Positions 13,180-64,000 of a stretch of 64,000 nucleotides of DNA are shown one piece after another (position 1 is the first letter of the stretch; every line of letters starts with the position of its first letter). The stretch lies in NCBI GenBank assembly GCA_051362555.1, contig CM120641.1, forward strand, positions 38,818,401 to 38,882,400. Direction: 5' to 3'. The notes below the pieces were generated by a model. The model was not told the DNA's origin. It was given only the letters and a program-made list of their open reading frames with translations, and searched no databases. The DNA comes from Lingula anatina. Its lineage: Eukaryota > Animalia > Brachiopoda. Both the position numbers and the translations under genes were made by a program.

Positions 13180-15773
13180 GATCTCCCCCAAAAACTACCC
13201 CACACAAATATAAGAAAAGCAGTGTTTGAAATTATCGTTATTGTCAGCATGCAGGTATCAGACTGGACAGTTTTTTAAACAGTTTATCATTGTGAGGTGT
13301 AATAGCTGTCTAATACTTACATGTACTAGTATATTAATTTATTATTATAATTCAAAATTCAATTAACATATTCTGTTAATCTCTATTCTGCAGGTGGATG
13401 TCCTCTTATCAAAAAGTCTTGCAGAAAATCTTTATTTATTCCAAGTAAGTAAACGTCTCTTAAAGGAAAAGGTTACTGTGATTGGCATTTATACATTAAT
13501 ATTGAAATTGCTTGGAACACAATATAGTTACAAATTGATTATCATCATCATCATCATTGTTATTTTGCAGTATCCAGTTCGCCCAGGATTTATGCCTTAT
13601 GATGAAGTCAGACACTTGAGTGCTAGAATCAAACCAAAGCAACAGAAGGTATTACGTTCTTTTAATAATACAGTAATTCCTGGATATGTGTGAGCTAGAG
13701 CATATGCACCTACACATGTGCAAATACATGCAGACACTAAAGGGCCTGATATGAAGTGAAAATTGCCTTTTTAATCGTGTGCTCTTTTAGAATTCAAATA
13801 AAACAAGAACTATGATGTAAACAGCATTAAAGGCATGCAATGACAGTTCCTGTAAATGTATTTAGAAATTGGCAGTATTGAAGCATGGGTTAATTATAGA
13901 AGAATTTGCACATGGTAATTTGATTATTGTCTTAAATTTATAGGTTGAAATGGAACTTAGTGTTAACACAAGAAGTCCCAACTATGCCATTAGTAAAGGA
14001 GAGCAGGTGGCCCTGAATGTGGATGGACCACAAGGAGTTGGAAATTATTATCAGAGGTATTTTAAAGGAATAAATAATATCTATAGAATTGAGACAGGTA
14101 TTTAAGAAATGATAACATATGAAAATTACAAATAGTGCAGAAATGTCCTCAAAAGTTAGAATCTGTGCTTTTAGTTATTATTTTGTTTAAGATTATTGTT
14201 ATTATTCTGTTTCTGTTCCAGTGGAATGATGGACAAACAGGTGCTTGCTTCTGAGCCAAGTGTCATATCCACATCCAGATATGCAGTTGGTGTATTGAAA
14301 GATGGTAAAGAAATACCTTTGTTCTAAATAATGCTTTATTGAGACTAAACTGATTCAGGAGGGGATGAATAGGTCTAGCTTTGCTATATTTTTGTTAGTA
14401 TATTTCTGACAGATGTGTTGAAGACTGCAGAAGCAAACAAAACCAAGATGAATGTCTTAAAACAGGTTTTAAAATTACATGTAGTACATGGCAAGAGGTG
14501 GTCTGAAACTTGTTGTGCAGTCATAGGGATTAAATGTATATCATTAGAAAATGTGTCCTAAAGGCTTATACTCCATGAACCTTGTCACAACTACCATTTT
14601 TCCATTGTCTAGGTGAACTTCATCTGACCCCACTCCACGGCTGTGTACAGCTCCACCCCAGCTTCAACTATTTAGACAAGGCAGATAACAGAGAGAAAGA
14701 CACAGCAGATGCAGGTGGGAAATACATAAGATGTGAATACATAAATGTGAATAAGATGTCCTTTCATGGTAGATTTTGTTAATTGTATACAAAATTGAAT
14801 ATTTTGTCTTGTATAGTACTTTAAAGTATAAATACCAGATTTTTTCTTGCCATTATTATAACATTACCATAACATTTTTGTAACCAAATACGTAAGGGTA
14901 AAGTTACAAAACGGTCTGCGTTTGCTAGGAAGGCAACAAAAATACCCAATCTGTAATTGACATTTGCTTAGTTTAAGAAGTCTATGGATAATTGTTTCTG
15001 GATTTGCTATTTGAGCTGATGCAATTAGGGTAGTTTTTATGAAATGTTAACCAAAGAGCAAATATTTATTCAGGGGAATCCTCTCAGGATGAAGGTGAGG
15101 AGGAGGCCAAACCAGTGATGGTTCGCTTTGGTCGCCCAGAGTCTGATGAGGCTAAGGCCAGACGTTTAGCATCATATGAATATTTGAATAAGAAACAGGA
15201 GGAAGAAAACTGGGTTACTTGCAGATATAATCAAATCCAAGTAAGGCTGATTCTAAAGTTCCATTAAAAAGTTTTGCCCAGACCCTCAGAAAAATGATAA
15301 TAAATTTCTATAATTATTTATGCATGAGGCATTACATTAAAATTTTCAGTTAAGTGCAAATATACCTCGGGTCATGAAAAATGTACATTATTAATGATAC
15401 TGAAATTGAAGGCTCTTCTGATGCATTGACTGTGAAAATATCACAGATTATTGCCCCTCTTTTATTCAACGTGAAGGATGAAAAGGCTGAGCAGCAAAGG
15501 TTGTTGCTGTATGCCAACAGTGGTAACGAGATGACAGAATTCTGCACTCCACCACAAGAATACCTCAAGCAGCTCATGCCAGAAATGAAGAATGTTGAAG
15601 AGTAAGTATCCAATTAATACAATCAACATTTTGAGTTGAATTATACCCTTTTGCTTGCGGTCAATATTAATTTAAATTTATAAGTTTGTTATTATTATTA
15701 TTTTTTTTTTTTGTGTGTGTGTTGGGTTGGAGTTGCTTTAGTTAAATAAAGAAGCGATATGTCAGTTAGATGT

Positions 15774-15825
<52 letters not shown>

Positions 15826-18800
15826 GTATTTATTTATTTATTCATTTATTTTAATTGTTTGTTTGTTTAATGAAAAAGAATAATTTCCTCTGCAGAGAAA
15901 AGCCAGCACTTCCCAATAATGTACTTGCTATGAACCAGCTGAAGACGATGCCTCTCAGTGATCAAGTCAAAGCCTTACTTATAAATGGTATGAATTGGCT
16001 CATTTTGAGGATTTTTCTCTACTGGTATTTTTTAGTTTGAAAACATTTGTTTTTTTCTGCTTATATGAAAGTCTATATTGATAGTTACCTAATATTTACC
16101 AATTGTAGGCCATGGCAATTGAGATTTGTGATCATTAATATTGATAAGGGAAGGTTGATCTTTGGAGCAGAACATCCACTGATCCACTTATCAACTGTTG
16201 TTTCTACTCACGTAATTGTAGCTAAGGTTATCAAGTTCAGCCAACTGATGACATTCCTTCCAAGGGGCACTGATGAAGATGCTGCCATACGTTCCCTGCA
16301 ACAAGTGGCCATGATGGTTCAGGGATGCTGGGTAGTGAAAAGGTAAGAAAATGTTTAAGACGTTTGTTTAGGTACTAAGTCTTTTTCTTTATACTTTTAG
16401 GGATTGATATAAAGTATCATCTTGTGGAGAACTTGTCAACATGTCCAGACATACTGATGAAGTAAAAGTCAAATGTGTGGAAGAGTTGCAAATGGTTTAT
16501 ATCAGATGTGAAAGTTTGATAATAAATTTTGTAAAGTATTTTTTTTTGTATTTCAGTGAAGTTCTTTATCCTAAGGATTCTTTCAGTGCTCATAGTGGAG
16601 TATCAGCAGAGGTGCTCAGTAGGGTTAGAGATTATGTGGTGAGTGTTCTTATCTGTGAAGAAGTGGTGTAATCACTTCCCGAATGTTATCTGAACTTACA
16701 TATTGTAAATTTTTGGCATATATGATTCTGATATGAGGTACATAATAATAAAATGTTTTATCTTTTTTCTTGTAGCTGATAATTTTTGTCTTATTACAGA
16801 TGTGGAAGTTTACTCAAAATCGTTATGTCACAAGAAAGGAGATCTCGTCTGTTGTTAGAGTAAGTTTATCCATGGAGAGTAGCTTGAAAGCTGTAATTTT
16901 TCTTAAAACTCTTTGTACTAATCCATATACTGAGTAACTTTGAACTATACTTCTAAAAAATGATATACAGTATGCAAATATTTATCTGAATAGGACTAAT
17001 ATTGATATGAATGCATCACAATAATAAAAAGGTGCAAGTGAGCAATATTTATACTTAAAATAGTTTGTAATATCTTATAAGATTATGATAGTACTATAAT
17101 ACTGACAAAAGTCACACTTAATTAGTTCCCATTTACTTTCAGATGCAGTCTGAAGATTTAAAAGACATTTTAGAGCAAATGTCAAAGATGAAAGTGCACC
17201 ATGGCTGGGAATTTGTGTGTGGATTTGATGAGGATTTTGTTGACAGGTTGGTTTGTCATAAAAGTCATTTACACTCTGAAAATGCAAAATAATGGAATTT
17301 GAGTTTACCACCTGTCACCCACATTGAATGATTCTTCATATAATACACAAGAATGTTACTTTGAAAGTATTCTAAGGTTTAGCTCTGCATTATCTTTGAA
17401 ATATTACATTACAGAAACCCAGAGGTAGTAAATAGACAGAACAAGTTATGGGAATTAAAAATCCAACAGATAACAAAATCGTTTAAAGCTGCCAAAGAGA
17501 CTCCCGTTTCCCCAGAGAAATCTAAACGTAGAAGAACAATATCCCGTTCACGAACAAAGTCTGGGAGTGGGATGTCAGACTTAAGTGATACGGACATTGC
17601 AGATGGTAAAGTTAAGACAGAAAGACAGAGAAGGCAGTCAGGTGCTGGGGACAGACAGAGGAGAAAGTCAGGACATGCCATGGAAGTTGATCCTCCAGCC
17701 GCAGAAAACCATGTCAGCAATGGTCCTACAGATAACACAACAAATGGTGCTGCTGTGTTAAGTCCAAGTACTCAAACGGACAACACAAACAATACAACCT
17801 CTGTTGAGCTGAGAACAGAGCTTACAAACTTTATCCAGGAAAAGCTCTATAGCCGTTATGTCCTGACACTAAGTGACTTGAAAAAGTTATATCAAATGAA
17901 ATTAGCTCAGTGTGCCCCTGGGCACGTTTTGGCAAGTGGTGTCACTGATCACCTGCTACAAAAAACTGTGATAGAAGTGGGTGGGTCACAACTCCAAGTC
18001 CAGGTAAGATATTCTTTTGTAGTTTCTGTTACTATGTAAACATTGAGGGTAAACTGGAATAAGTTTCATAATCTTGACAAATTTATGTTAGTGGTAATTA
18101 ATGATAATGCACTTTCTTTCTTAAGATGTGATGTTTTATCTTGATTCATTGCAAACTTTATCACATTTGTGAAGAGCCTGGAAAATCAAACGCAATCAAA
18201 TGTCATTAGTAGTACATTATTTGATTGTGTTTGATTTTTCATGTTGTCTTTTATTCAGTAGCATGTTAAAAACAGGATGGGTAACATAAGAAAATTTGGA
18301 TATCTATTTATTTTAGTGGCCTCCCAGTTCACAAGAGGAACCCATTTTTGCTCTCTTAAAAACTGGAGACAAACTAGACCAGGTATTGACATTTTATCAT
18401 TGACAATTACTGTTAAATGGAGTTTGACTTTTAGGTTTTATTATAATGAGGGAAACCATCAAGTTCAATACTATTCTTTTCTTATAAACACTACCATGTG
18501 AAATAAATTTGAAATTTTAAATTTAATTGGAAAATCACTTTTTAAATCCATTATTAGTAGTACTTTTTTATTGATACTGAATATTAGGAAATCTTGTTTG
18601 GTATAAATGTTTGCAAGAATTAATGATATTTCCATGCTACTTATTGTATTACCTAGTAATCCTTCTTCCTTTCTCATGAAGTGCCAAGGAAAAGTTGAAT
18701 GCACTGTTGTAAGATAAATGCAAATATCCTGTTGTTTTCCTTGCAGGCTCGTGCAATGTTGTCAGAATTGCTAAAGAAATCACATAAAATCAAAAGCTCA

Positions 18801-19164
18801 GCACTACGAAAAAGATACGAGGATGAAACAGGGGAAGTCTTAAATGAGTCAGATTGTAAAAGAATCTTGAAAGTGAGTGAACAGCAGTTTTGTGAAAATG
18901 CATGGGTTATGGTAGTTATACATACAGAGATATGTTGGCTATTCATATTTGGTTTAACAACTTTGCAAATTCAACAATGCCATGGTTTAACAGAACATTT
19001 TCAACAAAGTTTTTTTTTTTTTTTTTTTTTCAAATTATCTTGATCTTTACCTTGTATACGTAATAGACACGTGTATTTTAATGGTAATGTTTTTTATTTC
19101 TTTGCAGGATTACTGTGTGACAAAAGGAAGTGTTTGGCATCTTAAAGGAATCCCAGAAACATGA
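12776..19164 (+). CDS. POLR3E: DNA-directed RNA polymerase III subunit RPC5 (Sin-like), complete, ~17 coding exons
   Basis: Spliced translation MADDDDPVVHE|VDVLLSKSLAENLYLFQ|YPVRPGFMPYDEVRHLSARIKPKQQK|VEMELSVNTRSPNYAISKGEQVALNVDG...GELHLTPLHGCVQLHPSFNYLDKAD...LQQVAMMVQGCWVVKSEVLYPKD...DYCVTKGSVWHLKGIPET* matches the RPC5 family. First exon 12776-12808, last exon 19108-19164. Confidence 0.95.
13133..13176. repeat. (AC)n microsatellite, POLR3E intron 1
   Basis: Direct reading. Confidence 0.95.
15774..15823. repeat. (GATA)n microsatellite
   Basis: Direct reading: atagatagatag... Confidence 0.95.
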
Positions 19165-19649
19165 CATATTCATGCTCTTTAGGTTTAAAGTCTGTCTCCA
19201 ATAGATTAACAGTATTAGAATTGCAGTTAAAACAGTACAGTGAAAAATCAAATGAAGAGTTCATTACTGTGGAATAGAAGAACAAATTTTTAATTTGTTT
19301 TCATGAATTAAATAAGATTAAAGAAGGAATATATAAAAGGTGACACTTGCTTGATGATGATGTGTCACCTTTACAAAAGATGTTAGAAAGACAATACATT
19401 GCTTCCAACTGCTACAACCTGCACAATCTCTCAACCAGAACTAAAGACTGTTACGTCACATTCTTTTTGGAATAAAATGAAATGGAACTTGTGTCAATTA
19501 TTATACCACAAACTGTACAGAATAAGACTTGCCATTGTTATGTAAGGAAATACCAGTAAACTGCTTTATTATGTGACAATTCAGATTACCAAATTAATGT
19601 ACATTTTCACAAATAAGGCATAATCAAATAACTATAAAGTTTCCATGCT

Positions 19650-19917
19650 AGATTCCAACCCCGGTTTATGGAATGATATTTGATGATATTTTTCAACTTG
19701 CCACAGTCTGCATTTAAAATTAATGTAAAACTGACCTCTGATACCTCTGATGCAGCTACAATAGAGCTTTATTTACTGTCCTGTAAAGTTTTATTCATAT
19801 GATTGGGGTCATTATTGGAGAAAAAAATGCTAAAATTACAACTAATTTTGTGTTGTACTCAAACCCCGGATTATAGAAGTTTTCTTTTTGTTCTCAGCCA
19901 CTTTTTTCTTTATTTTC

Positions 19918-19948
<31 letters not shown>

Positions 19949-20287
19949 CTCAGGCTTTTCTCAGTATCTCCTCTGCTCTTTTCTTTTGTTCTTCGGCTTT
20001 TCTTGGCTTCTCTTTTGCTCTTCTGTTCTTTCATTCTTTCAATCTTTTGCTTTTTGTTCCCTCTTTATCTGCATGTCCTCCCGCTTTTTTTCTTTATCAC
20101 TTGTCGCTTTCTTTTTCCTTCTTCCTTTCTTATAAGTTCTAGCATCAGGGCCTCATCAGCAGACCATGTCTTTAGTGAGGGGAAACCCCCAGTAAATCAT
20201 GGTGAGGCAGTAATCGACTAGAGTTGCCTCATCAGAGTGACTGAGGGGCAACTTACCATGTGCACCTCCCTTGAGAGTCTCAAGTAC
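19650..20287 (-). pseudogene. Degenerate, internally deleted pogo/Tigger-like transposase relic
   Basis: With frameshifts, the minus strand reads LSHSDEATLVDYCLTMIYWGFP/LTKDMV (CENP-B-type HTH-like), then SADEALMLELIRKEEGKRK plus a K/E/R-rich coil, then LYCSC...FYI...FH...VGI (PHD-like). No DDE core is visible. Confidence 0.45.
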
Positions 20288-20759
20288 CTACCGAAAAAGA
20301 GAAGAATATGAAGATACAAGATAGAGACAGATGAAATAAGGAGTTTCAAAGATAAAACTTCCAGCAGAAGACATAAACCTTTTTCTTATTAATAGCTCTA
20401 AGGGTAGTTTTTTTTCATCAGAGCAAAGATCAAACATGTGTCATGTGTATACCCGAAACATGATTAAAAAGTGTTGCCTATAGCACGTCAAATTACACTG
20501 TTCCGGTGCGTTACAAGTTGCATGCCTTTCACGTTACTTAGTAACAGAACTAAAGAAATATCCGTCATCGCGTCTAGTAGAGGCGCACTGGAACAGTGGC
20601 TATTCGACGGTTACAGTGAAAGAGGTATTTATTTCTCTTAAGACGATGTCATACTCGGAATAACAAAACTTCTGCACGTTTCTGGCAAGGTTGACATCCC
20701 CATATCCTAACTTCCCGGTTGGGAAGCATTACAGACTTCATGTACAAAAGATTCCATAT

Positions 20760-20877
20760 ATTGGCCAATCAACGTTAAGTATAACTCAAAAACAAAAATG
20801 GCGGATTGATGACCTAGCTACCACTTCTTTCGTTCAATGAAAATTTCGAAAAAGCTCTCTTATATGAGGCTTCAAAG
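20760..20877 (+). promoter_or_regulatory. Probable PTPN13 promoter and non-coding first exon
   Basis: CCAAT at 20765, YY1-type CAAAAATGGCGG at 20793-20804, local CpG enrichment, a strong donor AAG|GTAAGA at 20877/20878 and a matching acceptor ttgttcag| at 22962 just before the PTPN13 ATG. Confidence 0.6.
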
Positions 20878-22978
20878 GTAAGAAATGATTTGCATTGACC
20901 GTATAATTATGTAATTTAGTAATCTGTCCTTAACTGAGGTCTTCCTGAGAGCTTAAACTAAAGCATTGCTCGTAACATGGCAAGCACACGCTTCCACCCT
21001 CGTACTCGTACATTTGACAGATTATGGAATGTTGTACTGCATGTTAGACTTGCGCATCACACAAGAAATTAAGACTTACTTACACTTACGTCTGGGGCCG
21101 ATATATGGCATATTCTGACCAACAAGATCTTGAGTTATTAAAACTATGAAAATATCTTCAGTTTAGCCTTATGCTGATAGTAGTAGTAGTAGACATGTCA
21201 GAAATAACGTCATGTATGCTCAGCATAAGCCATAACTTTCTGTTGCAAGGTGTGGCGGGTGAGAATTATAGCCTGGGTCTGCAAAGAGGGCTTTTATTTT
21301 TTAAATTTATTTCCTTGAATGTAACATTCAATCCTATATAGAGGAGCATAATTAGTCTAGATAACATCAAACAACTGCCACTGGTGCAGATCAGCTAACA
21401 ACAATTAAGAACAAAAATTTTAGACAGTACATCAAAGAGTGCTAGAACTGTATATCATTCTTTTTACTGTTACCTTTAAATCAAAATCAAAATCAAGACA
21501 GTTAGTTTTCACTGAATATGTAGAACCCAAAACAACATCGTAGACCTCACTTGTGTTCTATAGTGCATTAAATTGCAATATGATACTGAACACTACTAGG
21601 ACTGTGACATTTGAATGTTACTGAGTATAATGGGGACTTGAATGAAAATACTCAAGAGAACATGTTTTCATGATTGTAAAAGAAAAAAAAAACAAAGAAA
21701 GCAAATGTGAGAGTGACTCATTGTTCGTATTTGATTTTGCTACAGTTCTATACACCCACATTTCCTCTATGTTTTTATTTACTGGCATTTATTTACTTGG
21801 GAAAATAACATAATTCTGTTTTCATCTATGACCTTTACTCGTAAGCATGTTTTCACATATTTTAATTGAAATAAGGTCAAATACCTAAATATTGACATTT
21901 GTTCCTGTTCATTGTCTAGTAAATATAGCTAATAGATTCTGGAATCAATGTTGTATAGTATAATTCACCATCATCTAGGCTGAATCAATATCATGTTAAT
22001 GGCCTGAGTTGGAGGAGGATATTAAAGAATGAATGGTCATCTATTATGAGCTGTTGAATTACAGATAATCATTTCTGCTTATGGCTATATTTAAAAGATA
22101 TTATTAAGTTTATTAAGTTTTGGTTCAGTCAATGGAGGAAGAAATGATACTGTTTATAAATTTGCCTTTAGGAAAGGTTTAATGAACACTTGATGTTATT
22201 ACAATATTTTACATAGATCTGAAAAGCTGCTTTATGCAGTTCTTCGATTATAAACCTATTATCTATTTCTGTTGGACTAAATGATGCTGTCAGTTGCAAT
22301 TTACTTTATAATCTGTATTTTAAGAGGTAATGATTTTGAGGGAAAAGGCTAACCCAGAGAGAAAAATCACTTTTGTTGGTGAGTGTCTGAGAAGGTTGTG
22401 AACTGTCTGTGGCATGCAAGCAGCTAAATAATTTGGAAAAGATGCACAAGAGCATACAAACTGAGAAATAACCAAATAGAAGAAAAAACTAAATGCTAAT
22501 GAATTGTGTAGTATTTACTTGTGATAATACCCCTAAATTTTCTCTTATAGTTTTTGGGCTTTCTATTAAATTGATTGCTCTAACAACTGAATTTGAAACT
22601 TGAATCTCATGTCCATGTACTCCCTGAAAATATTTTTGAAAGATAGCACTTAAAAATTAGCAATTATATATTTAAAACAGTTTTGTAGACAGTCCTAAAT
22701 ACAATAAATAACACAATTGGGGGAGGGGGGTATTTGTATAAATACAAATTTACTTTAAAATGCAATTAACTGTTTCAGTTCCTTTATTTTTTAAATGAGA
22801 AAAAAATGCAATCTTTATATAAATTTCAGTTTTTTTTTTAAATCAGGTTAATGTTGATGTTTTTGAATATTGGTCATTTCCTTAGATTTACTTATATGAA
22901 AACATATACAGAAATTCTCTTATCAGGGTAGACTAATTCTTATTTAATCTTGATTTGTTCAGTTTCGCACATTAAACA

Positions 22979-61277
<38,299 letters not shown>

Positions 61278-63760
61278 ACTCACTGATTATATGGGATGCC
61301 AGTCCTGAGTCTGAAATGAAGCACAAATATTCGAAAGATGCTCTTGGTTAGAATGTTCAGGAGTTGTGCAGTATTGCTACAGAATACTCAATTGATTCTG
61401 ATATTTCCATATATACGAAGTACAGGTTATTTGTACCTGATGATCAAGCAGAGATGCAATTAAATTAGCTTTTAGCAAAAAAAAAAAAAAAACTATGTAG
61501 GATGTCATAATAAGTCAGTTTTGCATCCCTTTTTTTCATACAAGCTACTCGTTAATGTCACCATTGTATGATTAGCATTTGTGTTATGTAAATGCACAAG
61601 GAAAAAGTACCTATATTGGCTGAAAAATGGAAAAAAGTCTGTATGTATGTTTTCATATGAAAATGTTTGTTTCATGTATAGAGGTCACACCATGATCTGC
61701 AATTTGATTGTATTGGTTGCTAGGAAGCAAATTAAGAACGAGATTATGGTATTATTCATAACAAGTTAAAAAGAAATCATCTTTGGAAAGTGTACTATAT
61801 TATCATTATTAGATTTATTTTTTACTTGCATACAATTATATATATTATGTAAAAAAGATATAAAAGAAAAATATTTCAGATTTTGTTTATGGGCAATTAA
61901 TTTGCTTAAAGGCTGGTAATGATATGCCTACAATTTTGTAAATTCTTTAACTAAGGCATTAGCACAACCATTTTGGTTTATATTAACGGTATGAAATCAG
62001 TAAGCCAAGTTTACAATTGTTTAATTAAATTTGTTTAAAATTTTATTCTAGCATCACAGCACCAGTTTATGTTCATTTGTAAAATATGTCTTAAACACTA
62101 TTTATTTGTTGTAATTTACTTTACTTTTTTATAGGAATTGTAACTATTGATAACACTCATTAGGCTGGTTAGGTTAGGTCAGTATATATGCCGACTTAAG
62201 AATAATGTAAAATACTTAGAGTTACAAGCACAATGTTTGTTTCCTGAAAAATTGCAATTAAGTTACTGCTCAGAACTGTAAACTATGGATATAATACGAA
62301 AATGTACTTATTAATTTAATCAATAGAAAAAATCAGTAGGTGACATTTTGATATTTAGAACACAAGCTTAATTAATTTCTGATACATTTTTTTTTCAATT
62401 GTGATTTTTTCCCGTCCTTTCTCTTATTTTATAAGCTTTGGTTCCAAAGTTGCCATAGCATTTAGGTGAGTAGGCTGCCAATTGACTTTATTGGTCACTT
62501 TTTTCAGACCGCCCTCCGTCCGACCCCCTAGCCGGGTCCAGATGATACCCAACCGTAGGATTTATTTGCATTTTTTATTCATACTTATACATTTTACATA
62601 CTTTTCAAATGGGTAATAGAATACTCTTTGTGTCTTTAGTAAGATACAAACCAAAATAAATAGAATTTTGCTCAAAGATACCCAATGTGTTCGTTGTATT
62701 TGATTTTGTATAAAGACAGCATCTATGGATTCTGTGACAAAGCAAACTTTATCAGGATTGTAGAATTGAAAAAAGTACCCAAGAATACAGCTTAGAGCAA
62801 GTGTCACTTGAATTCAAAATATTTGTTATTTTAGAAGAGCTATAGAAGTGTATGGAAATTTTAATTGTTTATGTGGAAAAAAAACTTGGAAGCATTCCAG
62901 CTAGGATTTTTCCCGACAAAAACTCATTTTTAATTAATTTTCCCATGGGAAACAGCATTTTCCCCCCATCTTGCCAACCTTTAGTCTTCCTTTTCTGGCA
63001 CTCGCCATGTTTTTGTAACAGTTTTTGGAAAAGCAAAAGATCAAAACCCGACCTTTAACATAGGCTTTCCAGATACACCATTCATGACTGGACTTCTGAG
63101 TGTCCCTAAACTCGTGCCGGATGTGACATTAGAATCCAATTTATTTTCAAACTCTGTGAAGATGGCTGATCACCAAGATTGGACAGGAGGGCAGTGAATG
63201 TGATAATTTATTTATTTTTATTTATTTATTTTATTTATTATTATTTTTTTTTTTTTTTGCGATATTGATTAAGGCTATTTATCTGTCAATATATGTTTCA
63301 AAAGTTGTAATTGCCTTCAAAACAGTTCAATAAGAAGCTATTCATGCATTTAAATTGCTTTCAAAAACCCTGACTTGGATTGCTATAAACTTTAGATTGT
63401 AATATTACATTTCTATCCAATGACATTCACATTAGACTATGTAATATAAAACAGGTGTTACATTTCACATAATATCATGTAATATTACAATTAATCCTTT
63501 CCACATTTTATTATGTAAATGTCATGTGAAAATGTCATTGGATTAAAATGTACATTGTATTACTTCTCAAAATCTGAAGTTACACCCGATTTATATACAT
63601 CAAGTTAAGTATTGCATTTTCTTTGTCAGTGTCAACCAGATAAGAACCTAATCCAAGTTTAACATTGTTTACATAAAAAAGGCTATATCAATCCACATTA
63701 TTTTAATCTTAGATTATTTTAACAACTTGAGTTATTTTCTTTATTTATGCTAATTTATTT

Positions 63761-63798
<38 letters not shown>

Positions 63799-64000
63799 AC
63801 ACCGCGACACTGCTTCAAGTTACGTTGTTGGCAGATTTCCAAATCCAGCCACCCCATGTGTCATTTCCTGTAAACAGATTTATCCCTGATCAGGAGGTCA
63901 TGTCATTCCAACCAGCGTTTTAAGCTTGGATTCACGTGAAAGAAGAAAGGTGTAATTAATGTCCTATTGTGACTAAATCATTACCCACCTGCGAGCTTAT

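Noticed and set aside
12970-13207. ORFs with CVCVCV runs (also YIYIYI at 43562, SLSL/HTHT at 50644, poly-N at 53700)
   Set aside because: They are translations of microsatellites.
19803-20221. Hydrophobic Phe/Leu-rich plus-strand ORFs resembling membrane proteins
   Set aside because: They are the antisense shadow of a purine-rich K/E/R-coding relic plus a poly(T) run.
62300-63040. SECIS element on the minus strand supporting UGA recoding at the window end
   Set aside because: The ATGA/GTGA...AA candidates (~62925, ~62805) lack a pairing helix and a 3' GA quartet by eye.

Overview
AT-rich, intron-dense animal genomic DNA (invertebrate-like; a lophotrochozoan such as a mollusc is my guess from gene content, not proven). 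Four spliced genes can be rebuilt exon by exon: the 3' part of MRPL12 (+, 361-1660), CLCN7 (-, 12672-3319), POLR3E/RPC5 (+, 12776-19164, head-to-head with CLCN7 with only 103 bp between the ATGs) and a full-architecture PTPN13/PTP-BAS (KIND-FERM-5xPDZ-PTP; +, 22979-61277, about 43 coding exons). Introns and intergenic DNA carry non-autonomous DNA transposons (hAT-like, Tc1/mariner deletion derivative, PIF/Harbinger-like MITE, a pogo-like relic) and microsatellites. No prokaryotic-type system is present. The most unusual signals concern PTPN13 splicing. A 69-bp tandem repeat multiplies an intron/exon junction into a ladder of in-frame splice acceptors before PDZ2, and a frame-preserving 45-nt candidate microexon resembles the first beta-strand of PDZ3. 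CLCN7 contains a clear U12 (minor spliceosome) intron. All splice models were inferred by eye and need RNA-seq confirmation.
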